From the human T2T-CHM13v2.0 reference genome, Homo sapiens, in NCBI RefSeq assembly GCF_009914755.1, contig NC_060937.1: 64,000 nucleotides of DNA. One strand, 5' to 3'. The position numbers and the translations under genes are program-made. This document shows, one piece after another, positions 14,990-31,048 of this stretch. Each line of letters starts with the position of its first letter. Positions within the stretch are counted from its first letter, which is position 1. A model generated the notes under the pieces. It was not told the origin of the DNA, ran no database searches, and was given only the letters and a program-made list of their open reading frames with translations.

Positions 14990-16290
14990 TTAATTCTATG
15001 CACTGTCTGTTCATTGTCAAATAATTTTAAAAATGCAAACTTGTTCAAAGAAGAAGTTATCCATTATTTGAATAATTAGAAACAAGCACAGGTAATATAA
15101 TGGGTAAACTCATTGATTCAGGGGTGTTATTTCACAAAACGGACTGAAGATCTTGAATTTACTGACATCATAAATACAATTTCAGGCTGTAATTTTGAAT
15201 GGCATTGTAGTATTTTATTAAATGGAGTGGGCTATAATTTATTTCAACAATTCCCAGCAATTCAATGGGACATCGAGTAGATGTCCAGTGTAGTGCTTTC
15301 ATAAGCTACCTTGTGATAAATGTCCTTGTAGTAATTTTTTGAAATTTATTTTCTTACAATCTTAAATTCTAATCAAAGAGAGGCTAGAAGTAGAGTTACT
15401 GATATTTATGATCAAATCATCATCAGAGAAGTTAAAATTATTTATTTCCTCATCTGTACCAAGAGGCACCATTATATTATCATTTGCATTTTTTACTATT
15501 TGGGCTACACATGTTTATACTACTGGCCAATTATTATTTATACTTTTATGAGTTGTCCGTATCTATGATGATAACCTTTATTATTGGTTCCACATATTTG
15601 CCCCCTTTTTTATATATGGATTCTACAACTACACCTAATACCATATGATTTTTTAAAGCCTTCTGCAGAAATTGTATACATCTCTGCCTTGATGGCATTG
15701 AGAATAGTTTATCCCCTCTTACGTGAAAAGACATAATGTTGTTCATGTATGAGTAGAAAGTTAGAAAGCCATGGCATAAAACCACAAATACTCTTGCTCT
15801 ATTTTTTCTGTGAAAACAATGGCACATCCCAAATGGAAGTTGCTTCTACAGTCTGAATCCCTGGGTAAAATAACATGGAACAGACCTGTATCAGCCCACA
15901 GAGACCTGAAGTTCCACTGTAAAACATTATGGTAAGCCATAACATTAGCTACTGCAGCAAAGCTGATTAACACGATGTTCATTGATAAATTTTCAGTTGG
16001 AGATTTCTCTTTGTTTTACTATTATTAATAAATATTAAGACTAATACCTCATCATTTATTATAAATCTTGCAAAAATTTCCAACTGTATAATCCATATTT
16101 TGAATATTATTGTGTTTAATTTCCATACATATAAGTTTAACTTTTATGTAGTCAAATCATATCATCACTTTTCTTAATTGTCTTTTAATTTCAGTATTAT
16201 CTTTAGAAATGCCTTCTACTCTCCAAGTTTATATAATCCTTGGACTCTTTGCTAGTTATTTTAGGATTTAATTTTTTATATTTAAATTGT
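14990..16290 (-). mobile_element. Highly decayed L1ME-like fragments, interrupted by an MLT1J-like LTR remnant (~15620-15965)
   Basis: Antisense old-L1 phrases such as TTTTATGTAGTCAAAT and CATTTGCATTTTT. The insert has CTGAATCCCTGG...ATGGAACAGACC, as in MLT1J/K. Confidence 0.45.
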
Positions 16291-16297
16291 TGGTTCA

Positions 16298-16650
16298 CAT
16301 GGAATACTATGCAGCCATAAAAAATGATGCGTTCATGTCCTTTGTAGGGACATGGATGAAGCTGGAAACCATCATTCTCAGCAAACTATCGCAAGGACAA
16401 AAAACCAAACACCGCATGCTCTCACTCAAAGGTGGGAATTGAACAATGAGAACACTTGGACACAGGAAGGGGAACATCATACACTGGGGCCTGTTGTGCG
16501 GTGGGGGGAGCGGGGAGGGATAGCATTAGGAGATATACCTAATGTAAATAATGAGTTAATGGGTGCAGCACACCAACATGGCACGTGTATACCTATGTAA
16601 CAAACCTGCACGTTGTGCACATGTACCCTAAAACTTAAAGTATAATAAAA
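16298..16650 (+). mobile_element. 5'-truncated L1PA3/PA4-like 3' end
   Basis: L1PA 3'UTR with 14-bp TSD AAATTGTTGGTTCA (16284-16297 and 16651-16664). Confidence 0.95.
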
Positions 16651-17552
16651 AAATTGTTGGTTCATTAAAAATTTAGGTTGCTTTTTAAGACCGTTCCCAT
16701 ACTTGTTTCCAAATGATCATTCAACAATCCAAATTTCACTTTTTAAAAAGTCAGCTTATTTTAACTGATATTTTATTTTTAAATAATATTCTGAAATACT
16801 CATTTTGTTTTCTAGATAATATTTTTACACATTGACAGGTCTCCATTTTTTACCCTATTGTCCTTATTTAGTATCAACTATATGTAAATTAGTATAGATA
16901 TTAGGAACATAAGTTGGAAAATAGACTCCACTTTCAGGGAGATGTTAATGTGGTTGATAATGGCAACAGTTAATGTTATTTAATTTATAATTTTAAATCA
17001 CACCTACATGAACCAATCTTAATTTAATTCACAGTTTGTCATAAATAGTTTAGAAATAAAACCATAAAAATATTATTTTAATTATGCCACACATAATTAA
17101 AAATTGATGATTATATCTTAAATTTTATAGGCGTTATAAAGCTAACTAAATTATTTGTTGGACATCACCTCATTTGATGTTTATGACCAGTGTGATAGAT
17201 AGAAAACCGAAATGATTAAAGCAAATCAGTGTACCAAAACTAAGTAGCCAGGCTGAAATGAAAACAAATGCTCTTCAGCTTGAAATTCTATTCTCTTTCC
17301 GGTATATCATGTCATTTGTTATTTAACTGATACTTCTCTGGGAAAATTTATTCTGAGTTTCAGATGGAGATGCCCAAAACACCTCACTCTTCAAATTGGT
17401 GGTATATAAGACAGGATATGTTATGGTATGTAGCAACTTCAAAACCTTGGCATTTTATGACAAGTTTTTTGCATCTATCTACCTGCCTATCTGCCTACCA
17501 GCCTCACACTGTATATCCTTTACATGTTATCTACATTAAGAAAATTTAAATG

Positions 17553-17874
17553 GGCCAGGTGCAGCAGCTCACTCCTGTAATCCCAGTACTTCGGGAGGGC
17601 CAAGGTGGGCAGATTGCTTGAGCTCGGGAGTTCAAGACCAGCCTGAGCAACATGGCAAAACCCCGTCTGTACAAAAACTACACAAAAAACTATCTGAGCA
17701 TGGTGGTGCGTGCCTGTAGTTCCAGCCACACTGGGATATGGGTAGCTGACATGGGAGAAACACTTGAGCCCAGGATTGAGACTGCAGTGAGCCATGACTG
17801 CACCACTGCAGTCCGGTCTGGGTGACAGAGTGATACCTCCTCTCAAAAAAAAAAAAGAAAAAAAAAGAAAAAAA
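17553..17874 (+). mobile_element. AluJ, full length
   Basis: GATTGCTTGAGCTC, TTGAGCCCAGG and GCCATGACTGCACC are AluJ-type positions; A-rich tail present. Confidence 0.9.
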
Positions 17875-18088
17875 GATTTAAGTGTATAATTTTCTAACAT
17901 AATATGACTCTAACATATAACCAACAAATAATAAAAGGAAAAGTGAATAACTGCAAGTACAGTGGATAAGTGGATGGGAAACAATGAACAGTATTTACTT
18001 CCATCTGGCAGGTATTTGATTCTATTGCACATGAAGAAATAGAAATATCTTCAAATTCTTCCCACAGGCTTCTCCATGAATGGTAACA

Positions 18089-20775
<2,687 letters not shown>

Positions 20776-20899
20776 TATATTCCTTGACTACTATGAGATA
20801 CCCAGCTACTCAAAAAGTACCTTAGCTATGCGATTGAAGATCTATATGACCAGTTTTACACTGGAATGTCCCTGACTCCTTTTAGAAATAAACACTGTG

Positions 20900-21194
20900 G
20901 GCCAGGCATGGTGGCTCAGGCCTGTAATCCCAGCACTTTAGGAGGCTGAGGCAGGAGGATTGCTTGAGGCCAGGAGTTCCAGGCCAGCCTAAGCAACATA
21001 AAAAATCCCTGTCTCTACAAAAAAACAATTAAAAATTATCCAGTGTAGTGGTGTGTGCCTATAGTCCCAGCTACTCAGTAGGCTAAGATGGGAGGATCCC
21101 TTGAGTCCAGGAGTTCGAGGCTGCAGTGAGCCATGATTGCACAGCTACACTCCAGCCTGGACAACAGAGTGAGACCCTGTCTCTTAAAAAAGAA
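20900..21194 (+). mobile_element. AluJ, full length
   Basis: GGATTGCTTGAGGCCAGGAGTT and GAGTTCGAGGCTGCAGTGAGCCATG, with a degenerate TSD AGAAATAAACACTGTG / AGAAGTGAACATTATG. Confidence 0.9.
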
Positions 21195-22829
21195 AGAAGT
21201 GAACATTATGTTTTGTTGGTCTCACACCTGATTGCTATAGTTCTGTGCAACCTACCAGGTATCATAGGAAAATTCTGTTCTAGACTTTGCCTCAAAGAGG
21301 CAGCGCCTCTTCGTGAATATGTAGATGAAATAGTAGTGCTGTTGTTTCATGGTTCACCAATCTACTTGATGTGAAAAGATGAGGTGGGCTTGCTATGTGA
21401 GTTACCACATGGTAAAGCAAATCACACTGTGACAATGTGTATAAAGGTGGGACCCTTGAAGGCATAGGGAAAGGTGACCCCCACAGCTCAGCAAGCAAGG
21501 AACTACTCTGTGGGTTGTGAAAGGGAGTGAAAAGAAGAAAAGTTTGTTATCGTCATTTATCTCCCTGATGCCTTATACTTAGACATTTAGCCCATATCCT
21601 AAACTGATTAGAAATACGATCACTTTATTACATAATCATGAATATTACACGGTGATTGGCTCCATGTGTCTTGGTTATTTCCAACAGCACCATTTTTGCA
21701 TGTTCAAAACATCAGCTAAAATCCCTGTTGGCCCGTAAGTTTTCTTCCTCAGCTTTGAGAGCGTGAATGTTCCCTGGAACAAATCATGAGATCACAGCCT
21801 AGGAACAAAGAAGCACAAAAAGGGCACGATGTACAACAATTACCACTCCCTTCCTAGTTTCCCCAACTGTTATGTTCACAATGCTCAGCCAACCACTAAC
21901 AAGAAAGGAAAACCGTGGTACAGGAAGATAGAGTTTCTTCCTTTCTTTAGCGAGAAAATGACAGTTTCATTGACCTAAAATCACCTGCCAGCACATCTTG
22001 GACTTACTTCAGGGTCCTGAAGGTGGAAAGATTCAGAAGCAGTGCTAGTTCTTCATTTCTCTGAATAGAAATAAAAACACTCCAATTTTAGAAGATGAGA
22101 GGAGAGTAATACAGGAAACAATCTACTGTGTCTATTACCCAAGAAACACCTGACTCTGTCTCAGAAATAAAGTCACTGAAGTAAAGAGTTCTGTCACTAT
22201 ATTTTTTAAAAGATTGATTCCAATGTGAATTTTCTTCTTGTTCTTATCCTTTTATCTCTAGCATCATCTTCTAAAATGAGAGGCTCTTTTGACTCATAGT
22301 AAGTTAATAAGCTCTGTCTTGTGAGTCCATCTTATTTGCCACATTAATGCTCTTCATATTCATAAAAGGAAGTCAGTGAAAAGTATTCTTCTAGTCTCAT
22401 ATAAACAGAAGTGAGTCATGACCTCATATACTGAAGTATGAAATATGCAGAGCAAATTGCACTATGATAGTAATTTGGCTGAATTAACTTTGTTATTCTT
22501 TTTTTCTTGAGTTAATGACCATAAAGAGCTTGTCTGCAATAGTGATTGTTTCATATAAACATTAGATAGAAAAGTGTTCAGTAATGTTTTAAATGAACTT
22601 ATAGATGTATATGACTACCATGTCCCAACATGAACATATTTCCATAGAAGTATATTTCAGACAATGTTATAAGATAAAGCTAATGGGAAGATATCATTTG
22701 CAGTTCAGAGAATCCATAATGGATATTGAAGAAATATATTTTGAACATATTGAAATTTCCTCTAAAGATACAATTTGTAGTAATTCAGCTAAAACACAAT
22801 AATTAAAACTCTACGTGTTGGAGGGTGCT

Positions 22830-23075
22830 AGCTGATTATAAAACTAATTCCCTCTTCTTCCTGGGCCACAGCTAGATTAACTTTCCCCAGCTCACTTGAA
22901 ATTAGATGTGGGCATGTGACTGACTTCTAATGGAGTGTGAGTAGAAATGGTGCATGCTTGCTCCCAGACTGGCCACAGAAATTTCCTGTGTGTTTATACT
23001 CTTCTTTCTGTTGCTTCTGAGAAGTGCAGAACCAGAAATTGAAGGAGCAGAGACATTGAATTACCATCAGGCTGG
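22830..23075 (+). mobile_element. Old MaLR LTR remnant (MLT1I/J-like)
   Basis: TTCCCCAGCTCACTTGAAATTAGATGTGGGCATGTGACTGACTTC. Confidence 0.55.
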
Positions 23076-24314
23076 GGGCATGAAAATAAAGCAATGTCTT
23101 TTAGGATCCATGGCAAAAACCAGAGACTCCTCTAATATTTCTGTATGGAAAGAGATTTATTACAAGGAAGGTGATGCGTACAAACTAGTTAGAAGGATTG
23201 GGTGAACAGAAGTCATGGGGCTTCTATTAGATTTCAAGCTATACTACTGCCATTGTGAGAGATCAGAAAACTTCTGCTGCCACCCAGAGGTGAAAAAGCC
23301 TCCTGACATAGCTGCCAACTCCCCAAATGCCCACAGCCCCAAAGCCTGAAACCAGGCAGCAGAACACTGAACTCTACAATAGCAAAAATCAGTGTCTGCA
23401 GAAGTCTACTTACCAACTGCCACCACTGAGGGAGAAGAAAACACCTTTGCATCCTTTCACCTTACAAATCCTCCATAAGTACATCTCAGTGCAAAATCTA
23501 AATCAAACTTGAAACCTGCCAGTCAGGGAGTCAGAATCCGGGAAATACAGTTCCAAGGTTAGAACTGTAGAGAATGTTTCTCTTTATTGCAGAGGATAGA
23601 TGCCAAAGCAAGTTGCTTGCACCAGTGACTACTTAGGCAGTAAATGTCAATATGTTATTTTGCTGTGGAAGAATATGATGTGCCAGTCATAGATATATAA
23701 CAAACCCCGAGACTTTCATAAATAATTAGTAAGATTTAGGGGAGGAAAGGAGCTAAGGCTCTGCTTTTATTCAAGTGGGAGGCAATGAGCCAATATTATA
23801 AAGATGTTTGTTTGAATGAGACTATTCTTTTTTAGTCACATAAACACAAAACCTGGGGAGACTTTGATTACACACAGTGGGTTACAATGGACGCAGCTCC
23901 GTTCCTGTCTTTTCTGTGACTCAATGTTGAACACACACCTCTCTGTTACACATTTGGTACTAAGTCCTGATGGGATGAGTTTGTCTAGAGCAACGGTATT
24001 TAACCTTTCTTAGATGCTTGCTGGAAAGCTGGACAAATTCCTCTAGCTTCTGAAGAGAAAATATTAGTTTCCAGTGAGCTTAGGGAAAAGGCCCAGCAGA
24101 AGCTGCTGTGGAATAATAATGTCCATTTGAGTATATGAAAGAAGAAACAGACACGAAGTTCTAGAGAGCAGGCAAAGGCTGCAACCACTAATAATCAGTA
24201 TTTCTTCTGTGTCCCCTATTCTTCTGAAAGGGCTTTCTTGTTCTGATTTAAAAGTCAGGCCAATAGTTTTCTTTGACATGGCATTTAGTGTGAGTAGTAA
24301 TTCTCCTATTCAGT

Positions 24315-24405
24315 TTTACTATCTTTGAGGTAGTTACTCTTATATCTTCATTTTACAAGTGAGAAAACGGGCTTAGAAAGGTTAAATAGCTTGTCCAAGT
24401 ACTCT
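24315..24405. mobile_element. MIR core fragment
   Basis: CATTTTACAAGTGAGAAAACGGGCTTAGAAAGGTTAAATAGCTTGTCCAAG. Confidence 0.7.
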
Positions 24406-24982
24406 ATTTATGTGAGCTACAAATTACATTCTTCCTAGAAGTATAGAACTGAATTTATAAGCTCTTCCAACTCAGAAATTATAGAAAAGTATACTTAATG
24501 CCAGTATAATTTTTCTACAAAGTTTATCTAGCTATATCAAAGGATTATAACCTGCATTGATTTATTATTATATGATGATCAAACTTTATCAAGTTGAAAT
24601 ATGTAGAAAATAAAATTATTTCACAACTCCAATCTCGAAGTAAAAATCACTCAACAGTTTGAAATACAGAGGTAAATATGTATGTTTTAATTAACAGAAT
24701 ACTGAATATACACAGTTATGCCGCATTTCTCCTTTTGAAAAACAATCTCCTTTTGAACTGAATTGTTTCTTTTTTTCACTATCACAAATAATTTTGCAAT
24801 TGGTTTTGAATTTTTTTCTAAGAAATCAGTTTATGCATAAAATAGTCATTGCCTTTTATGTTTAATATTTAATTATGATATATGCAAAAATAGGTAACTT
24901 TCTTACCCAAACTTCAGTAACAGGAGCAACATATTTGTAATTTAGTAACCAGACATTTGCCTGCATATAACCAGTAAGTTAT

Positions 24983-25383
24983 CTCTTTTCCTGTTTGCCC
25001 CGAGAATACTCACCAGCAGCACATGCAGCTGCAGCATTTACCCCGAGATAACCTTACCACAAAATCTCTCGCTTTTATTATGATTTCCACATCTCTCTAG
25101 TATATTGACTTTGAAAACAAAAGACATTATTCTATTGGTAGCATTCTGGTTTTAGTAGTAGTGTTTCCATTTACAAAGTATGGTAATTCTCAACCGCTGA
25201 AAATGGCAAATCCTAGAAAACATAGCATTCTTGCGCATGATGTTAACATTGTTCTCGAACAGTTGTTGGTCGAAGATTTATTGGATGAATCCATTTTTTC
25301 CAAAATAGACTATTAAAGAGCATGTTTATGTAAAATTAAATGAGCTCTGGCAGCGGGCTGCACTGTCTTTTTCTAAACGGGAA
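24983..25383 (+). mobile_element. MER75 (non-autonomous piggyBac), internally deleted
   Basis: CTCTTTTCCTGTTTGCCCCGAGAATACTC...CTGCAGCATTTACCCCGAGATAAC...TTCTAAACGGGAA. About 400 bp against the ~510 bp consensus I recall, with the deletion near 25310. Confidence 0.88.
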
Positions 25384-26324
25384 CATAAACTACAAAGTGC
25401 TATTTACCTTAATGACTCAGATAAGGCAAAAATCCCGGGGATGAACTACAGAAAAAGAGAAGGATTAAAAGTGAGAGAACTGAGGAAGTCATCTGTGTGC
25501 CTGATTACTTCTATGTCTTTACTCGACCAAATCCTTTCATTCAATTTGTTAGAAATATGATTTTAATTATTGCTCCTACTGAAAATAAACTTGTCTAATT
25601 ACTTGAATAATTGTATAAATGTACCTATATGCATAAGTAGCAACATTATCATGGTCAATTTGTCCTATCTGGCAACAGTCAAACACATTTTCATGAATTA
25701 AATTTCTATAATAATTGCAGATACAGAAGAAAACATAGATCCAGTAAAATAGATCAATTAGGTGAAAAAATTTTCCAGAATAGACTAATGATAATATGAT
25801 ACTATGTATTATTTACTCCCAGAGAATTTTTCTATATCAATATTTTTATTACATCTAACAGATAATACAAGTTTCTGTCTTCTTGAGAGAATCATTTCCA
25901 GACCCTGTGCATACCCACAAGGTGCACAAATCTTAATAATTGCATGACTGAAGGCACACTGGCGTGAATTTGACAAATCTGTGAATTGTCAGAAGAAGCA
26001 GGACAGTTATGAGAGAGAGCATATGAGGATAAGCAAATACACAGTTGGATAGAAAAATGGTTAGATGATTAGATTAGATACATAGATAATAGATAGATGG
26101 ATAGATAGGATAAATATATGGTATTTGAAATTGAATATTTGTATATTTCACACACTGTCATAAGGGCTTTGTGTAAATTACGCTTCTTAGCCTTTACGGT
26201 AATCCTATGAAGTGGGCATCTTAAATGAGATGTAATATTTGAGACTTTAAGCTGAATTGCAGATGATCTCACACTCAATAAATGACACATTCAGGATTCA
26301 AATGAATTTGAAAGCATAGACTCT

Positions 26325-28030
26325 CACTTATTCATGCAATACAATCCAGTCACCATTATGTGCCAGCACCATTCTAGGCATCACTGATAAAGTGGGAAAT
26401 AAAACAGACCAAGTTTCTGCCATCCTATTTCTTATACTGTACTGAGGAGAAGAGACAAAAAATATATAAGTACATAATATATTAGGAGCTAATGGACATT
26501 GTGAAAAAAGTAAAATCAAAGTGAAGGAAAAGATCGAGTCAGGGAGTCTAAACACTGTTTTTTATAGGAAAGAAGATGTTTGAGCAGAGACCTGAATGGA
26601 GCCCAGCACTGCCATCAGGCTATCTGGATGAAGGACATTTCTTGCAAAAGAAAAAGCTCAAATATTCCCAGGTGGGTGTTTGCTGGATGTGTGAGAACAG
26701 TTGCAAGGAGATCAGCATTTGCTAAAGACGAATGAGTTGGGGTTGTTGCAGGAGGTGGTGAAGCAGCAAAGATATTAGGGAAAGACCACACAGATTTTCA
26801 TTTGGGATTTTAGTCTAAGTGATATGGGGAGCCATTTGAGAACTATGGTGAAGAAGACGGCAGAGTCTACTACAGTGCTAATAGGCTAACTCTGGCTTCC
26901 ATGGGGAGAGTTGTCAGTAGGGAGGAAAAAGAAGAGACCAATTAGGAGGGTGATTCTCAACCCCAAAAATCCAGTGCTTTTTTTAAATTAACAAACATAA
27001 ATGCCCTTTTTTTAATCATTTTAAATAAATCTGAACTACCTACACAAATGATTACCAAAGTAAATCAAAATTTAACCTAGGCATGGTGGCTTACATCTGT
27101 AATCCCAACACCTTGGGAGGCCAAGATGGATCACTTGAGGCCAGAAATTCAAGACCACTCCTACCAATATAGTGAGAGTGTCTCTCTAAAAATTAAAAAA
27201 AAAATTATCAAAAATTGAAATTCCTATTTATAATACAAATGAGCAATAAATGAAAAACAATTTATTTTAAAAACCATTTATTTTGACATATGTCTTTTTC
27301 TGCAAAAAATACATTAAAAAACAGTAATGAGTGATCAGATTTTGACACTCATGTGTATGTGTACCAAAATTATGAAAGCTAAAAGAGCTGACCAATCCAG
27401 ATGTCTTATACTGGCAACTCAAGGACAAAAAAACTGCATGGCCAATAATAATGTCATCGTCTGAAGTGATGAAAATAATCCTAGTAAAGTTTCAAACAAC
27501 ACTTAAACTTTTAATTTACACAGCAGTTATATTCCTGAAAAATCCTACGTATTTTAGCGGGGGAAACATGGGGCCAAGCTACTTTATGTTTGTAAGTAAA
27601 ATAGAATGAGATTCTAGGCTCAGACATGACCAAGAATGCGAGGCACTTAAAAGTCAAGCAGAGTGAAGGATAATTATTTATTCTGGTGTACTTTCCTGTG
27701 CATCACTAGCCCCCACTGCTCGGTAAAGGATTAATATCTTCTTCAACCCCTCTAATCAATGAATACAGCCCCATAGGTTTTGAAAGTGCTTCCAGAAGAA
27801 GGTGTTACCCATTTTAGAATGACTGAGTCAGGAGACTAAAGCAAAGGACAAGTGAAAAGGGAATCACACTGAAGGTGGTGATCAGTGGCAGATTCAGGAT
27901 ATGAAGTCAGAATTTACCGGATTTGCCAGTGATTGGATGGGGGATGTGAAGGAAAGAATGGCATCAAGGATGATTCCACGTATTCCAGTTTGAGAAACTT
28001 GGAGGAAGGAGGTGCTATACAGAGACAAAA
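26325..28030 (-). mobile_element. L2 split by a probable hAT-Charlie-type element (~26949-27825) that itself contains a FLAM
   Basis: L2 phrases at 26325-26948 resume at ~27830. The insert is bounded by GTGATTCTCAAC and TTAGAATGACTG, with a possible 8-bp TSD ATTAGGAG/GTCAGGAG. Confidence 0.6.
27078..27205 (+). mobile_element. Alu left monomer (FLAM_C-like)
   Basis: Single Alu arm followed by an A tail. Confidence 0.8.
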
Positions 28031-30696
28031 GCTTATGACTACGCTATATCACTCTCCATGTGTGATAATTATGAGGCTATTGGGAAGACCCCTTCTGACC
28101 ATAGTACTTTCTCACCAGCTACCCCTAATGCCTGGAAATGGTAGAAATCTGGCTAATTATGACAAATGCTTTTGACTATAGAGTAAATTAGATTAAAATT
28201 TTCCACCAGAATATTCCTTTAATATTCAGTTGAAGCAAGGACATTGAGGGAAAATTTTAATAGGAAAGAAAAAAGTTCCGAATATGTATTTCCACATGAA
28301 AACTGATCTGGTTAGAGCAAAGGACTGATAATAAGCATAGAAAATCGGCCTGAAAATGTGAAAAGGAATTTAGAAAGGATAAGTAGATGAAAAGTAATGA
28401 TAAACTTTGCCTGCTTCATTATTTTGCCTATGACAGGTCATCATCAATTATGTACCCATGGCCATTCTGACAAACGACAGGTAAGTTTCACTAAGCACCA
28501 ACCCATCTGCAGGGTAAGAAAAATAACTAAGTTAACTTCAAATTAAGAAAATAGGAAAAAGTGTCTCAGTTTTCCCAAGAAGCCTAATAGATGGGGCTAC
28601 CACCCACCTCTTATGGATAGTGGGAAGTCTGTTGTAAATCATGACTCAGTTGCTTATGAGCTCACTGTCTCTTTTCCCTTTAGGTGAAAGGAGGTTACTA
28701 AACACTTTCCTTGACCTGCCCATCCTCCTGCCCTAGGACCAAGCCACAAGCATATTAGAAAACAGAAAACAAGCCGAGGAAAGTCTTTCTGGGTTTTTAG
28801 CATGTGCTTCCCTCTGAAATTATATTTTTCAAATATAAATTTAGAATAAGAGAAAATAATGGAAGTCCATGTTTTAATTGCAATGTTGTCTCAATCCATT
28901 CCCCTACAGAATACACTCAAGTAATCCATGGTATTTCATGGTATTTTTTCTCACTTGAAAACAAAATCTGCTTTCCTTTCACCTTCACTGGGTGAGTGTG
29001 ATCAACATAACAATATTGGTTGTAAAAGGGGATCCCTTGATGGTGAGGCAACCCCAGAGCTTGAAGCAGCTGCAACGAAAAACAGGAAAAGGTATGATAT
29101 TATCCTCTGTCAAACAGAAAAAAAAATGTGTGATTTTGCAGTTTATATCCTGTGCTACTCTTTGACAAGCATGATGTTGAACTGCATTAAATATTAATTT
29201 GTATAACGCTGAAGTCATATAAAACTAGGCATAAAACACAGCAGGGGAAATTGCATTTTCTTACAGTTAAGACTATTGTTACAGTCTTCTGGTACCTCCT
29301 GCTGTCATCCTACTTAGTAGATTGATGTTTATTTTGCCAGCACACATCGACTGCCATCAATAGCACTGCTAACTTGTCTACTGTTATGTTGTCCTCAGAA
29401 GCAGTAAATCTTGCCAACTGCAAAAGGGTCTTTAGATTCAAGAGACTACTCATAATCTCTTGACATGAATTTAATCAAAATTCAGAAATGCCACATGAAT
29501 GTTTGCTTCTAGCAAATAGTTTATTTTAAGCCTAGGCAGAGCTTTGGTTTTGATCTACAGCGCATTTCATGATGTAAGGCCAGGGATAACTTAACTCCAA
29601 AGTGTCATGCTCCTTTGATTTCAGATTTGCCATCTGTACAAATAAATGCCTCAGTCCTCTCTTAAGCCTTACTAAAGAAAGGTATGGGCCAAATAGGCCC
29701 ATTCCCCCTTACCCTACTCATTCCCAGCTTACTCTTTAATCTTCTTGTTCTTGTCACAAGTCATGAAACTATTATTTTGATTTCTTTTTTTTTCCAGAAC
29801 ACCTACAACATTGTTCTACAAAACCTGCAAGTCATGAACACATATTATTTAAAGGCAATTTCTTCCTTCCTTTTACATTTGGTTTTGCACCTGTGTTTTT
29901 TTTATTTTTTGCTCTCAATATCCATTCAAATCTATAAAGCCAACTCTCACTACCTCCACACACCCCTGCAAACTCTTGCCTCGGGCATTCTTCCATGGAG
30001 GCTGATCTTCAGACTCATGGCTGATGAAACGCAAGATGTCACTCAGAAGGAGATAGTTACAAAGCTGACCAGACTTCAGATACTGTGTCATATTTCTCTA
30101 CCTTCTTCCATGCACTTTTGCCAAATGTAGCCTTTCTTGATCTTCATTTCTATTTTAAAAGTAATCTCAAAGTCTGAGACTCATTCTTAGCTCAACCCTA
30201 AGGAAAAAGAAAGAACAAAGAATAGGTACCGAATTTCAGAAATTCAAAGCGAGGTTACTATGATATCTTTGTTTAAAATCACGCATGCAGGAAGGAGAGC
30301 TTCATGAATGGAATTCTGGAATTAAGGACATTGAAAATGTTTACGGAGTTATAAATTCCTCATGAATTGCTTAATTCCATCTAGATTTCTAAGGACCAGA
30401 GATAGACTCTCTCTCTCTCTCTTTTTTTTTTTTTTTTTTTTTTTTTTTGGCAAAACTCAACCTAGTATTTGCAAACAGCTACAATGCCCTCCAATTTTTA
30501 ATCTCTCTAGAGAAAAAATGCTTTTTCCACTTATCACTAACATTCATCTAGATTTTTGCATTGATTAAAGATGATGTATTTTGCTTACATATCCTATTTC
30601 TGAAAGTGACTGTCTCATAAAACCACTGTGTGATTCAAAATAGCAGACTTCAACCACTGTGCTTTCCCAAGCAAGAAGAAGCTGAGATAGCTCCTG

Positions 30697-31048
30697 TGCT
30701 ATGGTTTGAATGTCTTTCCTAAATTCAGGCATTTCCAGTGTGATGGCAGTAAGAGGCAGGGCCTTTAAAAGGTGACGAGGCCACGAGAGCTCTTCCCTCA
30801 TGAGTGGGATTAAGGCCCTTAAAAAGATGCTGCACAGTGTTGGGCTTTCTTGCCCTTCTGCCTTCTGCCATGTGAGAACATAGTGTTTCTCCCCTCCAGA
30901 GGATGCAGCCCTCACCTGACTACTGAATCTGCTGACACCTTAATCTTGGACTTCCCAGCCTCCAGAACTCTGAGAAAATTAATTTATATTCTGTATAAAT
31001 TACCCGGTCTTGGGTATTTTGTCATACCAGTGCAAATGGATTAAGACA
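30697..31048 (+). mobile_element. MaLR solo LTR (MSTC/MSTD-like)
   Basis: TGCTATGGTTTGAATGT...CTTGGACTTCCCAGCCTCCAGAACT...GATTAAGACA. Confidence 0.85.

Noticed and set aside
15546-15982. Two protein-looking minus-strand ORFs
   Set aside because: They overlap decayed L1ME and MLT1J-like sequence, and I recognise no domain or splice structure.
29684-30130. 148-aa hydrophobic ORF resembling a signal-peptide or membrane protein
   Set aside because: The hydrophobicity follows from T-rich composition, and I recognise no homology.
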